Virus record (IMG/VR): IMGVR_UViG_3300034980_000365
Coordinates: 1-52,307 of that record
Strand: one strand, 5' to 3'
DNA from: a virus
Lineage: Duplodnaviria; Caudoviricetes
DNA length: 52,307 nucleotides
This document shows positions 33,670 through 44,507 of the stretch, in pieces. Numbering within the stretch: position 1 is the stretch's first letter; the number at the start of each line of letters is the position of its first letter. A program made the position numbers and the translations under genes. The notes beneath the pieces were generated by a model. It ran no database searches. It saw only the letters and a list, made by a program, of their open reading frames with translations, and had not been told where the DNA came from.

Positions 33670-34468
33670 TAGAAAAAGTCAGTTTATTACAACCCTCAAT
33701 ACTATTAAATTTCAGATAGAGAATAGTGATTTAGAAGATGTGGAAGTTATATGCGTAAATCACAATAGTAGTGAAGAAAATAATATAGATGATTTACAAA
33801 AAGACTTTAATTTTCTAAAAGTAATAAATTTAGATACAAATACTAAAAATCCATGTATACCATACAATGTTGGTTTTAGTAATGCTGTTGGTGATAAAAT
33901 CATAATTCAAAACGCTGAATGTTGTCATATCGGAAATATCATACAAAAAACTTCTGAACGCCTTAAGGAAGACAATTACTTATCATTTGCTTGTTTTTCT
34001 GCTGATCTTATGACATCAAATTTAATAAAATCTATAATAACATCTCGTAATGAAAGTTCAGTTGAGGTTATAAAAAATAAAGTCTACTCTTTACCCCAGA
34101 CAGGCCCAGGGTTTTTAAGTAACTCTTGGTATAACCACTCTAGATTTTCGCCCAGAAATTTGCATTTTACAACAGCCATAACAAAAAATAATTTAGACAA
34201 ACTTAAGGGCTTTGACGAGAGGTACGCTATTGGGATGGACTATGATGATGACGATTTCATCATGCGTGTTAATAGATTGAATCTAGAAATAGTCAATATA
34301 GACGATCCATTCTCTGTACATCTTCACCATTCCAGTTCGTATAATAATTTTATAATTGAGGGCAAAGCATATTCCCCGAATGACTTAAGAATTATAAACC
34401 TTCACGTATTTAATAAGGCGAAGGGTGAGTCATTAGTTACCGCTGAATGGAATCATTTCTATGGCTGA
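33641..34468 (+). CDS. GT2 glycosyltransferase with GT7-C-like motif
   Basis: ISIVCTYHNR, YNVG, GFDERYAIGMDYDDDDF, HLHH. Confidence 0.82.
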   Translation: MISIVCTYHNRKSQFITTLNTIKFQIENSDLEDVEVICVNHNSSEENNIDDLQKDFNFLKVINLDTNTKNPCIPYNVGFSNAVGDKIIIQNAECCHIGNIIQKTSERLKEDNYLSFACFSADLMTSNLIKSIITSRNESSVEVIKNKVYSLPQTGPGFLSNSWYNHSRFSPRNLHFTTAITKNNLDKLKGFDERYAIGMDYDDDDFIMRVNRLNLEIVNIDDPFSVHLHHSSSYNNFIIEGKAYSPNDLRIINLHVFNKAKGESLVTAEWNHFYG

Positions 34469-35318
34469 TATACCTAAAAACTTTAATGTGTTCTGGGGTG
34501 GCGGAACATTATCTTTTATGAATCTTTTGACTGTTATAAGTTTTCATGAACATAATCCAGATTGGAAAATAAATCTTTTTAGACCAAAAGTATTAAAAAG
34601 TTTTTCATCAGTATTGTGGACAACCAAAGAACAGTCTCATAAGCTAGAATGTAAAGATTATTTTAATGAGTTAGTAAATTTAGATTTTGTGGATGAAATA
34701 GAATTAGACTATGATTTTTTAAGTTATAGTTATCATCATCCAGTAATAAAGTCAGACATGGCGCGGTATAAGATAATGAGTACATATGGAGGGCTATGGT
34801 CTGATTTTGATATAATTTATTTAAATTCAGTAGATAAACTAATAAAAACCAACGACAAATGTAATTTGTTTGTTAGTTATAGTTCTTGTCGGGAAAAATA
34901 TCACAGTATAGGATTCTATATAGCCACTAAGGATAACCCATTTTTTTTAAATTTAAGTGCCGCAGTAGAAACCTATAAAGACGCAAAGGCTACAGACTAC
35001 CAGTATTTTGGCAGATTGTTTGTTGAGAGCTTTTTTAGAAACTTTGAATCCTTAAGTTTACTCGAAGGCTGTATTGCATATAATTTAAGTAGTGATATAG
35101 TCTATCCAATCAAGTATAACGATTTGTCAAAAATTACAAGTGTAGATTACGAATTAGTAAAAGAAGATAGTTTAACCGAAGACACTGTAGGAATACATTG
35201 GTTTAATGGCGGCAATTCTGTTAGGCGAAAGATTGACGAGATAGATAAAGAATATAAATCAGATAAAACCTTAATGGGATATTGTTACAATAAGTATGAA
35301 GAATATATTAACAATTAG
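34461..35318 (+). CDS. GT32-like DxD glycosyltransferase
   Basis: IPKNFNVFW, KSDMARY, GGLWSDFD, GIHW. Confidence 0.82.
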   Translation: MADIPKNFNVFWGGGTLSFMNLLTVISFHEHNPDWKINLFRPKVLKSFSSVLWTTKEQSHKLECKDYFNELVNLDFVDEIELDYDFLSYSYHHPVIKSDMARYKIMSTYGGLWSDFDIIYLNSVDKLIKTNDKCNLFVSYSSCREKYHSIGFYIATKDNPFFLNLSAAVETYKDAKATDYQYFGRLFVESFFRNFESLSLLEGCIAYNLSSDIVYPIKYNDLSKITSVDYELVKEDSLTEDTVGIHWFNGGNSVRRKIDEIDKEYKSDKTLMGYCYNKYEEYINN

Positions 35319-36372
35319 TGGAATTAGACCTGACTTCATAAGAATGTCGGAGGTCTTTCGTCGATTAGATGAATGCTCCAATATAGATCATCAATTGATA
35401 CATACGGGTCAGCATTTTGATAAGATGCTATCCGATATATTCTTTGACGAATTAGATATTAGATCTCCAGATTTTAATTTAGAGATAGGTGGTCCCGGCA
35501 AGGAGCATTTTCACCAAAACGCGGAGTTGACTGTCAAACTTATAGAGCTTATAAGAAAACAAAATCTAGATCCTGATTTAATTTTATTCTTGGGTGACTC
35601 TAATTCTGTTTTGGTTGCGCCATCCTTAGCCAAAGAAGGGTATAAGGTTGGTCATATTGAAGCTGGTATGAGATCATACGATAGGAGGATGCTAGAAGAA
35701 ATAAATAGGACGGTTTGTGATCATTCTAGCGAACTATTGTTTACATATCATGATGATTATACGGAGAATTTAGTTCGTGAAGGTATACCAAGACACAAGA
35801 TATATAATGTCGGGAACACAATAGTTGAAGTTGCAAATAAGTTTAAGGAAGATATTACCAAGATAGAGAAAAAAAGAGACCACATACTGCTGGATATTCA
35901 TAGACCTGAAAATTTTAAATGCCCAAAAAGACTACAGAGAATATTTGATATTGTAAACTATCTAAGTAGAAGTTATTCAATACCATGTATTTCTTTAAGG
36001 TTTCCACGAACTTATGATTTTATATCCAAATTTGGTATAAATACACACTCTATTGAACCAGTAGAGCTTATGTCATATAAAACATATCTACAGACAGTAT
36101 ATGATTGTAAGTTTATAATTTCTGACTCAGGAACCGCTCAAGAAGAACCCGCCTTATTTAAAATACCTGTTTTAGTTCCAAGAGATTTTACTGAAAGACC
36201 TTTATCATATCATACATTTTGTTCAAGGAAGCTGTGTTTGGATAGTGCTAGTATGTCTAATGATACAATTGATTATCTAGATACTGCGGAACAAAAAATG
36301 AACCCTAAATGGTTAGGGGTTGGTGATACATCGGACAAAATAATATCTATACTGGACAATAAACTTAAATGA
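35296..36372 (+). CDS. wecB: UDP-GlcNAc 2-epimerase (non-hydrolysing type)
   Basis: GIRPDFI, HTGQH, LGD.NS, HIEAGMRS, EEINR, HRPEN, DSGTAQEE. Confidence 0.9.
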   Translation: MKNILTISGIRPDFIRMSEVFRRLDECSNIDHQLIHTGQHFDKMLSDIFFDELDIRSPDFNLEIGGPGKEHFHQNAELTVKLIELIRKQNLDPDLILFLGDSNSVLVAPSLAKEGYKVGHIEAGMRSYDRRMLEEINRTVCDHSSELLFTYHDDYTENLVREGIPRHKIYNVGNTIVEVANKFKEDITKIEKKRDHILLDIHRPENFKCPKRLQRIFDIVNYLSRSYSIPCISLRFPRTYDFISKFGINTHSIEPVELMSYKTYLQTVYDCKFIISDSGTAQEEPALFKIPVLVPRDFTERPLSYHTFCSRKLCLDSASMSNDTIDYLDTAEQKMNPKWLGVGDTSDKIISILDNKLK

Positions 36373-37130
36373 CTCAAAAATCTATTAAAATAGTAGTGCC
36401 TGTATATAATTGTGAAAAGTGGATTTCTAAAACCATAACCAGTATAAAATCGCAAACACATGAAGATTTTGAATGTTGCATTATAAACGACATGTCTACA
36501 GATAATACGGCAGATGTAATACAAGATTCTATTGATCTTGATAGAAGATTTAAATTTATAGATAATACAGAAAAGAAATATGCATTGAAAAATATATATG
36601 ATGGCATTAAATTTATAAGTAGTAATGACGAAGATATTTTAACAACGGTTGATGGTGATGATTGGTTGGCTCACGATCATGTTTTGGAAACTGTATATAA
36701 TGTCTACGAATCTACCAGTTGTTTGATAACATATGGCAATTTTTGTGAATATCCCTCTCAAAAAAAACACTTGGCATTCTCTACACCATATGATCAAGAT
36801 ATTATAGATAATAACACCTTCCGGAATACAGAATGGAAAGCTTCTCATTTGAGAACTTTTAAAAAGAAATTATGGGATAGAATAGATGTAGACGACCTTA
36901 TTAATCCAAAAACAAATGAATTTTATGAAGTGGCTTGGGACTTAGCTTTTATGTATCCCATGTTGGAAATGGCAGGTAATAGAAGTGAAAATATAAGTGA
37001 AGTTTTATACATATATAATAAAGAAAATCCTTTAAGTGATATGTACATAAAAACACAAGAACAAATTTCTATTGCCGATGATATAAGAAATAAAAATAAA
37101 TATTCAAAGGTAGATTTTGATGATAAGTAA
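36369..37130 (+). CDS. GT2 glycosyltransferase
   Basis: VVPVYN, INDMSTD, VDGDD, SHLRTF. Confidence 0.88.
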   Translation: MTQKSIKIVVPVYNCEKWISKTITSIKSQTHEDFECCIINDMSTDNTADVIQDSIDLDRRFKFIDNTEKKYALKNIYDGIKFISSNDEDILTTVDGDDWLAHDHVLETVYNVYESTSCLITYGNFCEYPSQKKHLAFSTPYDQDIIDNNTFRNTEWKASHLRTFKKKLWDRIDVDDLINPKTNEFYEVAWDLAFMYPMLEMAGNRSENISEVLYIYNKENPLSDMYIKTQEQISIADDIRNKNKYSKVDFDDK

Positions 37131-38358
37131 ATTGTTTAAATGGAATAGATTTGATTTACCAGCCAAATATCTATATGCTAAATTTAGACAAAATAAGATT
37201 AATTCTGATTTTGGTTTAGAAATATATAAAGAACATTTGAAGTTATGGAACGGATTTAAGGAATTTGATAACCCAAATAAAAATACATTTGAAGCTTTTA
37301 AGTTGGATTTTGATAATTTAATTGATGATATTAATTCTTTTGGATTTGATGGTGATAAGTCTAAAATTGTAATAGATGAAGATGGTTATTTAGTGAATGG
37401 TGCGCATAGAACTGTAGCTTGTGTGGTTAATAATGAAGAGGGCGTATTTCAAGTGGGGGGCGTTGGTCAAAAAGTGTGTGATCATAATATGTTTAGAAAT
37501 ATGGGCCTATCAGAATTTTATATGGACGCTATGGCATATGAACTTTCTAAATTGAATACAAATATGTTTGTAGTTTCTATATTCCCCAGAGCAGTTGGTT
37601 CTGAAAATGAAGTTGAGAATATTTTGGATGACTGTGGTAATATAGCTTACAAGAAAATTGTTAAGTTAAATCCCAATGGGGCTTTTAATTTGATGAGGCA
37701 AATGTATTATGGTGAAGAATGGGCAGGTGAGGCACATAATAATTGGCCGGGACTTAGAAGTAAAGCTTCTCTTTGTTTTACTAATGATAACCCTCTGAAA
37801 GTTTATTTAGTTGAATTTGATAATGTTGATATAGCACAAGAAACAAAATTAAAAATTAGAGATATATTTAAAATACAAAATCATTCAGTACATATTAATG
37901 ATACACACGAAGAAACTATTAGATTAGCTAGAGTTTTATTAAATGATAATAGTATTCATTTTATGAATAATTCTGATTCACCCCCATATCAAAGTTTTCA
38001 AGAACAATTAAATTATTTTAAGAATTGGATTATACAAAATGGGTTAGATATTGAAGATTATTGTGTCTCTGCTAGTTCTATATTATCTATGTATGGTCTT
38101 AGAGAGGGTTATGATTTAGATTATCTTCATAATGGTTTAGTGATACAAGGTCATAATATGGTTCATAGCCATAATGAATATGGAATTGATAAATACCATA
38201 CGCATAGAGATGATATAATTTATAATCCGTCCAATCATTTTTATTATGATGATATTAAATTCGCATCATTAGATGTTGTCAAACAACTAAAACAAAAAAG
38301 AATGGAACAAAAAGATATTAAAGATATAAAATTAATTGATGGGGTAATTAATGTTTGA
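37117..38358 (+). CDS. Multidomain protein: ParB/Srx-like N-terminus and nucleotidyltransferase-like C-terminus
   Basis: LVNGAHRT; HSVHIND; SSILSMYGLREGYDLD. Confidence 0.5.
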   Translation: MMISKLFKWNRFDLPAKYLYAKFRQNKINSDFGLEIYKEHLKLWNGFKEFDNPNKNTFEAFKLDFDNLIDDINSFGFDGDKSKIVIDEDGYLVNGAHRTVACVVNNEEGVFQVGGVGQKVCDHNMFRNMGLSEFYMDAMAYELSKLNTNMFVVSIFPRAVGSENEVENILDDCGNIAYKKIVKLNPNGAFNLMRQMYYGEEWAGEAHNNWPGLRSKASLCFTNDNPLKVYLVEFDNVDIAQETKLKIRDIFKIQNHSVHINDTHEETIRLARVLLNDNSIHFMNNSDSPPYQSFQEQLNYFKNWIIQNGLDIEDYCVSASSILSMYGLREGYDLDYLHNGLVIQGHNMVHSHNEYGIDKYHTHRDDIIYNPSNHFYYDDIKFASLDVVKQLKQKRMEQKDIKDIKLIDGVINV

Positions 38359-39118
38359 TTTAAGTAAATATGTAACTATTTCTATGACGACTCACATATT
38401 ACCATCGACTGATATAATAGAGGAATGCATTGCATCTATTCGGGATAAATTTATAGGCATAGATGATTGTAAATTTGTAATTTATTGTGATAGTAGAATA
38501 GTTGACTCAACTAAAATATCATATGTAGAAAATTTAAATAAGTTAGAAAATGTAATAGTAGAAGACATATCTCACAGTGGTTTACAATCAAATTATATTA
38601 AAGGAATAGTTGATTCTTCTACACCTTTTGTATTTTGTTGTGAACACGATTGGATTTTTCTCAGAGAAATTGATTTATCTAAACTCATAAAAACTATGTT
38701 GGAGTATGATTTTATAAATTTTGTTAGATTTAATAAAAGAGATAATAAATATGCGCATATAAATAATCCCGAAGCAGGCGATACTTATTTTTGGGAAACT
38801 TATATAGAAGATGAACCCGATGTTAAAGAACAACAACTTATGAAAACTGATGCTATTGCTACCCACCCACATATAATAAGGGTTAGTAAATTTATGAATG
38901 ATTGGTTTGATATAGCAAGTAAACCAGGGCCGATGACTGGACAAGTAGAAGTCAATCTATATAATAGATATACAAGTATTATAAAACGAGATGGTTTTAC
39001 AAAAGCACAGAAAGATTGGGGTATCTACAATTATGGTGGTAGAAATGAAAAGAAAATAATAACACACTTAGATGGAAGTAATCATTATGTAGTAAATACA
39101 TTAGACAAGGAGTTATAA
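38351..39118 (+). CDS. GT-A fold glycosyltransferase-like
   Basis: TPFVFCCEHDW, VRFNKR, HLDG. Confidence 0.6.
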   Translation: MFDLSKYVTISMTTHILPSTDIIEECIASIRDKFIGIDDCKFVIYCDSRIVDSTKISYVENLNKLENVIVEDISHSGLQSNYIKGIVDSSTPFVFCCEHDWIFLREIDLSKLIKTMLEYDFINFVRFNKRDNKYAHINNPEAGDTYFWETYIEDEPDVKEQQLMKTDAIATHPHIIRVSKFMNDWFDIASKPGPMTGQVEVNLYNRYTSIIKRDGFTKAQKDWGIYNYGGRNEKKIITHLDGSNHYVVNTLDKEL

Positions 39119-39979
39119 ATGATTAAAATAGAAAATGGTAAAAAATATTTAGTAACTGGTGGTAGTGGATTTTTAGGTGAAGAATTAATTAAAAGAATTA
39201 TATCAAAAGGTGGTGAAGTTGTTACTATCTCAAGAGATGAAGGAAAGTTAATTAAGTTAAAACAGAAATATCCATCTATTGAAATATTAACAGGTGGTAT
39301 ATGTGATGAGTTTGATGTTCATCAGTCTATGAGTGGAGTTACTGGAATATTTCATTTAGCAGCATTTAAGCATGTTGGATTAGCAGAAACTCAATCAAGA
39401 GAATGTACTAAATCAAATGTTATAGGTTCTATTAATATTTTAGAACAAGCTGTTAATAATAATGTAGAGTTTGTATTAGGTATAAGCACTGACAAAGCTG
39501 CTCAAGTAGCAGGTGTATATGGTGCCACTAAATACATTATGGAAAAATTATTTCAACAATTTGAAAGAAATTATCCAAATACAATATTCAGAATAGTTAG
39601 ATATGGTAATGTTTTATACTCAACAGGTTCTGTTTTATGTAAATGGAAAAAACTTCTTGAAGAGGGAAAAGAAGTTGTTGTTACTGAACCAGAAGCTACA
39701 AGATATTTTTGGACAATAGAACAAGCTGTTGATTTGATAGAGCAGTGCATGTCAGAAGCTACTGATTCATATCCATTTGTACCAGAAATGAAGTCGATGA
39801 GTGTTAGAGATTTATTAACAGCTATGTCTGAAAAATATTTGTTAGAAGGAGCCGAACTTAAAATAAAAGAAATCGGTTTACAACCAGGTGAGAATTTACA
39901 TGAAAAAATATTAGAAGCCGGTAAGTATTCAAACGAAGTTGAAAGATTTACAATAGAAGAAATTAAGGGGATGATTTAA
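39119..39979 (+). CDS. NDP-sugar 4,6-dehydratase (PseB/CapD-like)
   Basis: TGGSGFLG, SRDEGK, AAFKHV, STDKA, YGATK, RYGNV..S.GSV, GE.LHE. Confidence 0.88.
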   Translation: MIKIENGKKYLVTGGSGFLGEELIKRIISKGGEVVTISRDEGKLIKLKQKYPSIEILTGGICDEFDVHQSMSGVTGIFHLAAFKHVGLAETQSRECTKSNVIGSINILEQAVNNNVEFVLGISTDKAAQVAGVYGATKYIMEKLFQQFERNYPNTIFRIVRYGNVLYSTGSVLCKWKKLLEEGKEVVVTEPEATRYFWTIEQAVDLIEQCMSEATDSYPFVPEMKSMSVRDLLTAMSEKYLLEGAELKIKEIGLQPGENLHEKILEAGKYSNEVERFTIEEIKGMI

Positions 39980-40701
39980 TGAATATTTTGATACCAATGG
40001 CTGGAGCGGGTTCAAGATTCCAAGAGCAAGGGTATGAGTTACCAAAACCACTAATTGATGTTTGTGGTAAACCAATGATTGAAAGAGTAATTGAATCTTT
40101 AAGTAGTGAAAAAATTGAAACTAATTTTATTTTTGTAGCACAACAAGAACATCTGGATATAGGATTGAGAGATTATTTACAAGATAAAGGTTCAATAATT
40201 ACAATTAATGAAATGACTGAAGGTGCAGCTTGCACTACATTGTTAGCACACGAGCTTATTGATAGTGATTATGAATTGGTTATTGCAAATTGTGACCAAT
40301 ATTTACAATGGAGTTTTTATGATTACATAACATATTCACGATTGTATGATGGATGTTTAGTTACATTTAATTCCACTAACCCACATCATAGTTATGTCAA
40401 AGTTAAAAAATCATTAGTAACCGAAGTAGCAGAAAAAATTGTAATATCGGACAAAGCGTCTGCTGGTATTTACTATTTTAAAAAAGGTAGTGAATATGTA
40501 AAATCTGCAAACCAAATGATTGACAAGGACATTAGAACAAATAATGAATTTTATATTTGTCCTGTTTATAATGAGTTACTTGATGGTGATAGTAAGGTAT
40601 CCACTTATGAGTGTGATGTTAATAACAAACATATGTTGGGAACACCTGAAGAGTTAAGAATATTTTTAGATAAAATTGAAGATGAAGAGGTTAAGATATG
40701 A
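39979..40701 (+). CDS. Sugar-phosphate nucleotidyltransferase
   Basis: IPMAGAGSRF...PKPLI, GAACT, ANCDQ, NNEFYI, LGTPEEL. Confidence 0.85.
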   Translation: MNILIPMAGAGSRFQEQGYELPKPLIDVCGKPMIERVIESLSSEKIETNFIFVAQQEHLDIGLRDYLQDKGSIITINEMTEGAACTTLLAHELIDSDYELVIANCDQYLQWSFYDYITYSRLYDGCLVTFNSTNPHHSYVKVKKSLVTEVAEKIVISDKASAGIYYFKKGSEYVKSANQMIDKDIRTNNEFYICPVYNELLDGDSKVSTYECDVNNKHMLGTPEELRIFLDKIEDEEVKI

Positions 40702-41363
40702 ATAAAAAAATATTAATTTTTGGTGGGGAAAGTGATATTGCTACAGCAGTCAAAGATATGAATTCTGATACTATTCAAATTCCATATAAAGAATGTGATG
40801 TTAGAGATTCTGAACAAATATCAAAATGGTTAAGAGAACATAAACCTGATGTTGTTGTTAATTGTGCTGGGGTATCAAATGTTCAATTGGTAAAAGATTC
40901 AAATATAGACAAGTGGATACAAGAGATTGATGTTAATTTAGTTGGTAGTTATAGAATAGCTAGAGAGTGTGTTCAATTAGGTATCAACACTATGATATTT
41001 ATAGCTTCGGTAGCTGGTAAGTATGGAAAACCAGAACACAGCGGCTATTGTGCTTCTAAAGGTGGAACTATATCATTGGTTCAATCTTTGGCTTTTGAGG
41101 GCTACGATGCCTATTCTATTAGTCCTGGTAGAGTGGACACCAAAATGAGAGAAATGGACTATCCAGGTGAAGACCCAAGAACAAGACTGACTACAGATGC
41201 AACAGCTTCGGTTATATTTGATTGCATTAATGGTAGATATGAACCAGGTGATAACATCATTTATCGCAAAAGAGGTTTTAGAACTTTAAGAAGAATAGAT
41301 AAAGGTCAGCCTTGGAAAAAATATTTAAATGTTCAACCATACGGAACACCGAAAGAAATATAA
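40698..41363 (+). CDS. SDR-family oxidoreductase
   Basis: VNCAG, IASVAG, YCASK, SPGRVDT. Confidence 0.88.
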   Translation: MNKKILIFGGESDIATAVKDMNSDTIQIPYKECDVRDSEQISKWLREHKPDVVVNCAGVSNVQLVKDSNIDKWIQEIDVNLVGSYRIARECVQLGINTMIFIASVAGKYGKPEHSGYCASKGGTISLVQSLAFEGYDAYSISPGRVDTKMREMDYPGEDPRTRLTTDATASVIFDCINGRYEPGDNIIYRKRGFRTLRRIDKGQPWKKYLNVQPYGTPKEI

Positions 41364-42004
41364 TGAAAATAGCTGTCTGTTTACAAGGATTATCAAGTGG
41401 TAAAAACCATATAGGTCATGAGGTTAAATTTACAAATTCTTACAAATATCTAAAACAAAATATTTTAGATAATAATTCTGTGGATATTTTTCTACACACT
41501 TGGAATGAAGATTTAAATACAATTGATGAAATAACAAATATTTATAAACCAATTTCCTCAATTTTTGAAAAGCAAATCATCTTTGATGAAAATACTAAAT
41601 TACATATTACAAAAAGTCGTTGGTATTCTCATATGAAGTCTGTTGAATTAAAACAACAGTATGAAAAAGAAAATAATATTATTTATGATTTTGTAGTAGT
41701 TACTAGGTTTGATAATTGTTTTTTTATACCATTTTCATTTTCGGAATATGATAGTAATTGTTTTTATTCTTCTAATTGGGATTACCCACATAATCTTATT
41801 GGATTTTTAGATTACTGGTTTTTAGCGGATTCAAAGACAATGGATAAATTTTCAAATCTATATGATAAAATTGATGATTATTTAACATATATAGAATTAT
41901 CTAGTCATGTGTTGTCTAAACATCATGCTAATAAATTAAATTTGATACAAAAATATATTTTCAACGAACATAGTGATTTTGGACTGGAAAGACAATTAAA
42001 ATGA
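41363..42004 (+). CDS. Hypothetical glycan-locus protein
   Basis: MKIAVCLQG, FLHTW, YDFVVVTRFD pattern. Confidence 0.6.
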   Translation: MKIAVCLQGLSSGKNHIGHEVKFTNSYKYLKQNILDNNSVDIFLHTWNEDLNTIDEITNIYKPISSIFEKQIIFDENTKLHITKSRWYSHMKSVELKQQYEKENNIIYDFVVVTRFDNCFFIPFSFSEYDSNCFYSSNWDYPHNLIGFLDYWFLADSKTMDKFSNLYDKIDDYLTYIELSSHVLSKHHANKLNLIQKYIFNEHSDFGLERQLK

Positions 42005-42447
42005 TATTAATAAGTCATAGAGGAAATTTAGAGGGTAGAAATCCAGAACAAGAAAATAATCCATTATATATTTATAATGCATTAAATAAAGGTTTTGAAG
42101 TAGAAATAGATGTCTGGTATATGAATAATAGATGGTATCTTGGACATGATTCACCTGAACATGAAATAACTCTAGACTACTTAAAAAATAATAAATTTTG
42201 GTGCCATGCTAAAAATATAGACTCTTTAAATAGGATGTTAAAAGAGGGTGGCATTCATTGTTTCTGGCATCAAGAAGACGATGTGACACTAACATCTAAC
42301 GGTTTTATGTGGACCTATCCAGGTAAACCATTAACTGATAAGTCTATTTGTGTTTTACCAGAGGAAAATAATCAAATTCCTAAAAAGGGTCTTGGAATTT
42401 GTAGCGATTGCGTTGTATACTATAAAGAGATACAAATAGGAGAATAA
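42001..42447 (+). CDS. GDPD/PLC-like phosphodiesterase
   Basis: ISHRGN, EN, VEIDVW, LGHD, HAKN. Confidence 0.75.
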   Translation: MILISHRGNLEGRNPEQENNPLYIYNALNKGFEVEIDVWYMNNRWYLGHDSPEHEITLDYLKNNKFWCHAKNIDSLNRMLKEGGIHCFWHQEDDVTLTSNGFMWTYPGKPLTDKSICVLPEENNQIPKKGLGICSDCVVYYKEIQIGE

Positions 42448-42449
42448 TC

Positions 42450-43310
42450 GTGAAAAAAATATATTTTGCACCAAATTGGGGGATGACATCAGAACAAATG
42501 GTTAAAGATTACTCTAAACAATCTCCAAATAACTCCGGTGTATGGAAAAATATTTCAGTTACATTTGATGTGAATGAAGCCGATTATTTGATAATACAAG
42601 ATAATTGTGATGATAATTTATTAAATGAATTTACACCAGAAAAAATAATTTATTTTTCCAGAGAAGCTTTATCGCCAGAATTAATAAACCAATATCAACC
42701 CACATCAGTTAATAGATTTTCTTTTTGGGATGGTACTGGTTATTTGTGGACTAAGTGGAATTATCCAGGGTCTTATGGTGGTATAGGTATGACATATGAT
42801 GAATTGAAATCGGAAACTGAATCACCCGTCAAGAATAAAATTATAAGTTGTATACAGACTAATAAATCTATAACTGAACTTCATAAATTAAGAAAACTTT
42901 TTATAGAAACTTATTCTAAAAAATATGAAATTGATGTTTATGGGCCTATTTCTTGCTCTAATAGTATTCTGGAGAATAACAATAAAGTCAATGCGTTAGA
43001 TGCGTATAGATATACATTCGCTTTTGATAACCAACTTCATATAAAAAATTTCGTTGGCACACAAGTTACTGATGCTTTATTGAGATGGGTTGTACCAATT
43101 TATTGTGGTGGTGGGGATTTGAATAAATATTTTCCAGAAAAATCATTTATACAAATGGATAAAAGTGATTTGAATGATATTGATAAAATGAATCATATCA
43201 TAAATAATGATGATTTTGAAAGTAGATTAAATGATATTACTGAGGCTAGAAGACTTATAATGGATAAATATAATTTATGGCCAACTATTTGGGGAATAAT
43301 AAATGGATAA
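42450..43310 (+). CDS. GT10 (alpha-1,3-fucosyltransferase)-like protein
   Basis: IDVYG, YRYTFAFDN...TQVTDA...VPIYCG, YFPEKSFI. Confidence 0.7.
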   Translation: MKKIYFAPNWGMTSEQMVKDYSKQSPNNSGVWKNISVTFDVNEADYLIIQDNCDDNLLNEFTPEKIIYFSREALSPELINQYQPTSVNRFSFWDGTGYLWTKWNYPGSYGGIGMTYDELKSETESPVKNKIISCIQTNKSITELHKLRKLFIETYSKKYEIDVYGPISCSNSILENNNKVNALDAYRYTFAFDNQLHIKNFVGTQVTDALLRWVVPIYCGGGDLNKYFPEKSFIQMDKSDLNDIDKMNHIINNDDFESRLNDITEARRLIMDKYNLWPTIWGIING

Positions 43311-44085
43311 AATATATAGTTGTTTGTATTGTGGTTCGGAAAAATATGATATTGTTTATGAATTTAATAAATTACCAAAGTTTAAACAAATAGGTAGTAA
43401 AAAAGATATAGTTAAATGCAAAAATTGTTCATTACAATATTGTTATCCCAGAAATTCAAATGAATCAATGTTGGATGTATATGAAAATAATTATTGGCAA
43501 GAATTTCAAACAGAAGTAGGGGAACTTCAAATAAAGGATAGAATTTCTGATTTTGAATATATCTCTAAGGAGAGAATTTCTTATATAAAAAAATTTAAAA
43601 GTGGTGGAAAATTTCTTGATGTAGGATGTTCTTGTGGATTTTTAGTTAATGAAGCCAATAAAGAAGGTTTTGATGCTTATGGTATAGATTTGAATATTAA
43701 AGATATAGAAATGGGTAAAGAAACATATGGTGTGAATTTGGCTAAATCTTTTTTGGGAGATTATGAATCATATGACTTTGATGTTATAACTACTTTTAAT
43801 GTTATTGAACATGTATCAAATCCGATTAAATTGTTATTGGAAATGAATGAAAGATTGAATGATGGTGGTATATTAGTTATAGGTACACACGATGTAGATT
43901 GTAAAAATCACTTAATGGAAAAGGAAAATTGGAAACACATAATCCCAAATGAACATTTATATTTTTTTAATCAAAATACTTTAAACAAAATATGCTTTAA
44001 GACTGGTTTTGAAGTGATTTATAACAATAAACCTATTGAAAATAGTATAGTCGGTTATTATAGGAAGAGAGGACTTGATTTTTAA
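43303..44085 (+). CDS. SAM methyltransferase with N-terminal Zn-binding motif
   Basis: CLYC...CKNC, LDVGCSCG, NVIEHV, EHLYFF. Confidence 0.88.
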   Translation: MDKIYSCLYCGSEKYDIVYEFNKLPKFKQIGSKKDIVKCKNCSLQYCYPRNSNESMLDVYENNYWQEFQTEVGELQIKDRISDFEYISKERISYIKKFKSGGKFLDVGCSCGFLVNEANKEGFDAYGIDLNIKDIEMGKETYGVNLAKSFLGDYESYDFDVITTFNVIEHVSNPIKLLLEMNERLNDGGILVIGTHDVDCKNHLMEKENWKHIIPNEHLYFFNQNTLNKICFKTGFEVIYNNKPIENSIVGYYRKRGLDF

Positions 44086-44507
44086 TGAAAAAGATATATT
44101 CAAAAGTTAAAACAGATTGTTTATTATTAACATTAAATAGAAAAGAACATATAAATACAAACAGAACAGATTTAAGTCCTGAAGAGGAATATTTACAATG
44201 TGCTACGAAAACACTTACAAAAGGCATGAAATTTAAACCTCATAGACATAATGAATTAATTAGAACTACTGACATAACGCAAGAAGCCTGGGTTTTCTTA
44301 AGTGGTAGAGTTAGAGCTAAATTTTATGATTTAGATGACTCTCTTATATTAGATACAGAATTAGGGGCTGGCGACTGTGCTATAGTTTTTAAAGCTGGAC
44401 ACGGATTTGAGGTACTGGAAGATGATACTATGATATATGAGTTTAAGACAGGTCCGTATTTTGGGCAAGAAGCTGATAAAAGTTTTATAGAGGATACAAA
44501 TGATTAA
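44085..44507 (+). CDS. Cupin (WbuC-like)
   Basis: PHRH, QEAW, GHGFEV, EFKTGPY. Confidence 0.78.
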   Translation: MKKIYSKVKTDCLLLTLNRKEHINTNRTDLSPEEEYLQCATKTLTKGMKFKPHRHNELIRTTDITQEAWVFLSGRVRAKFYDLDDSLILDTELGAGDCAIVFKAGHGFEVLEDDTMIYEFKTGPYFGQEADKSFIEDTND

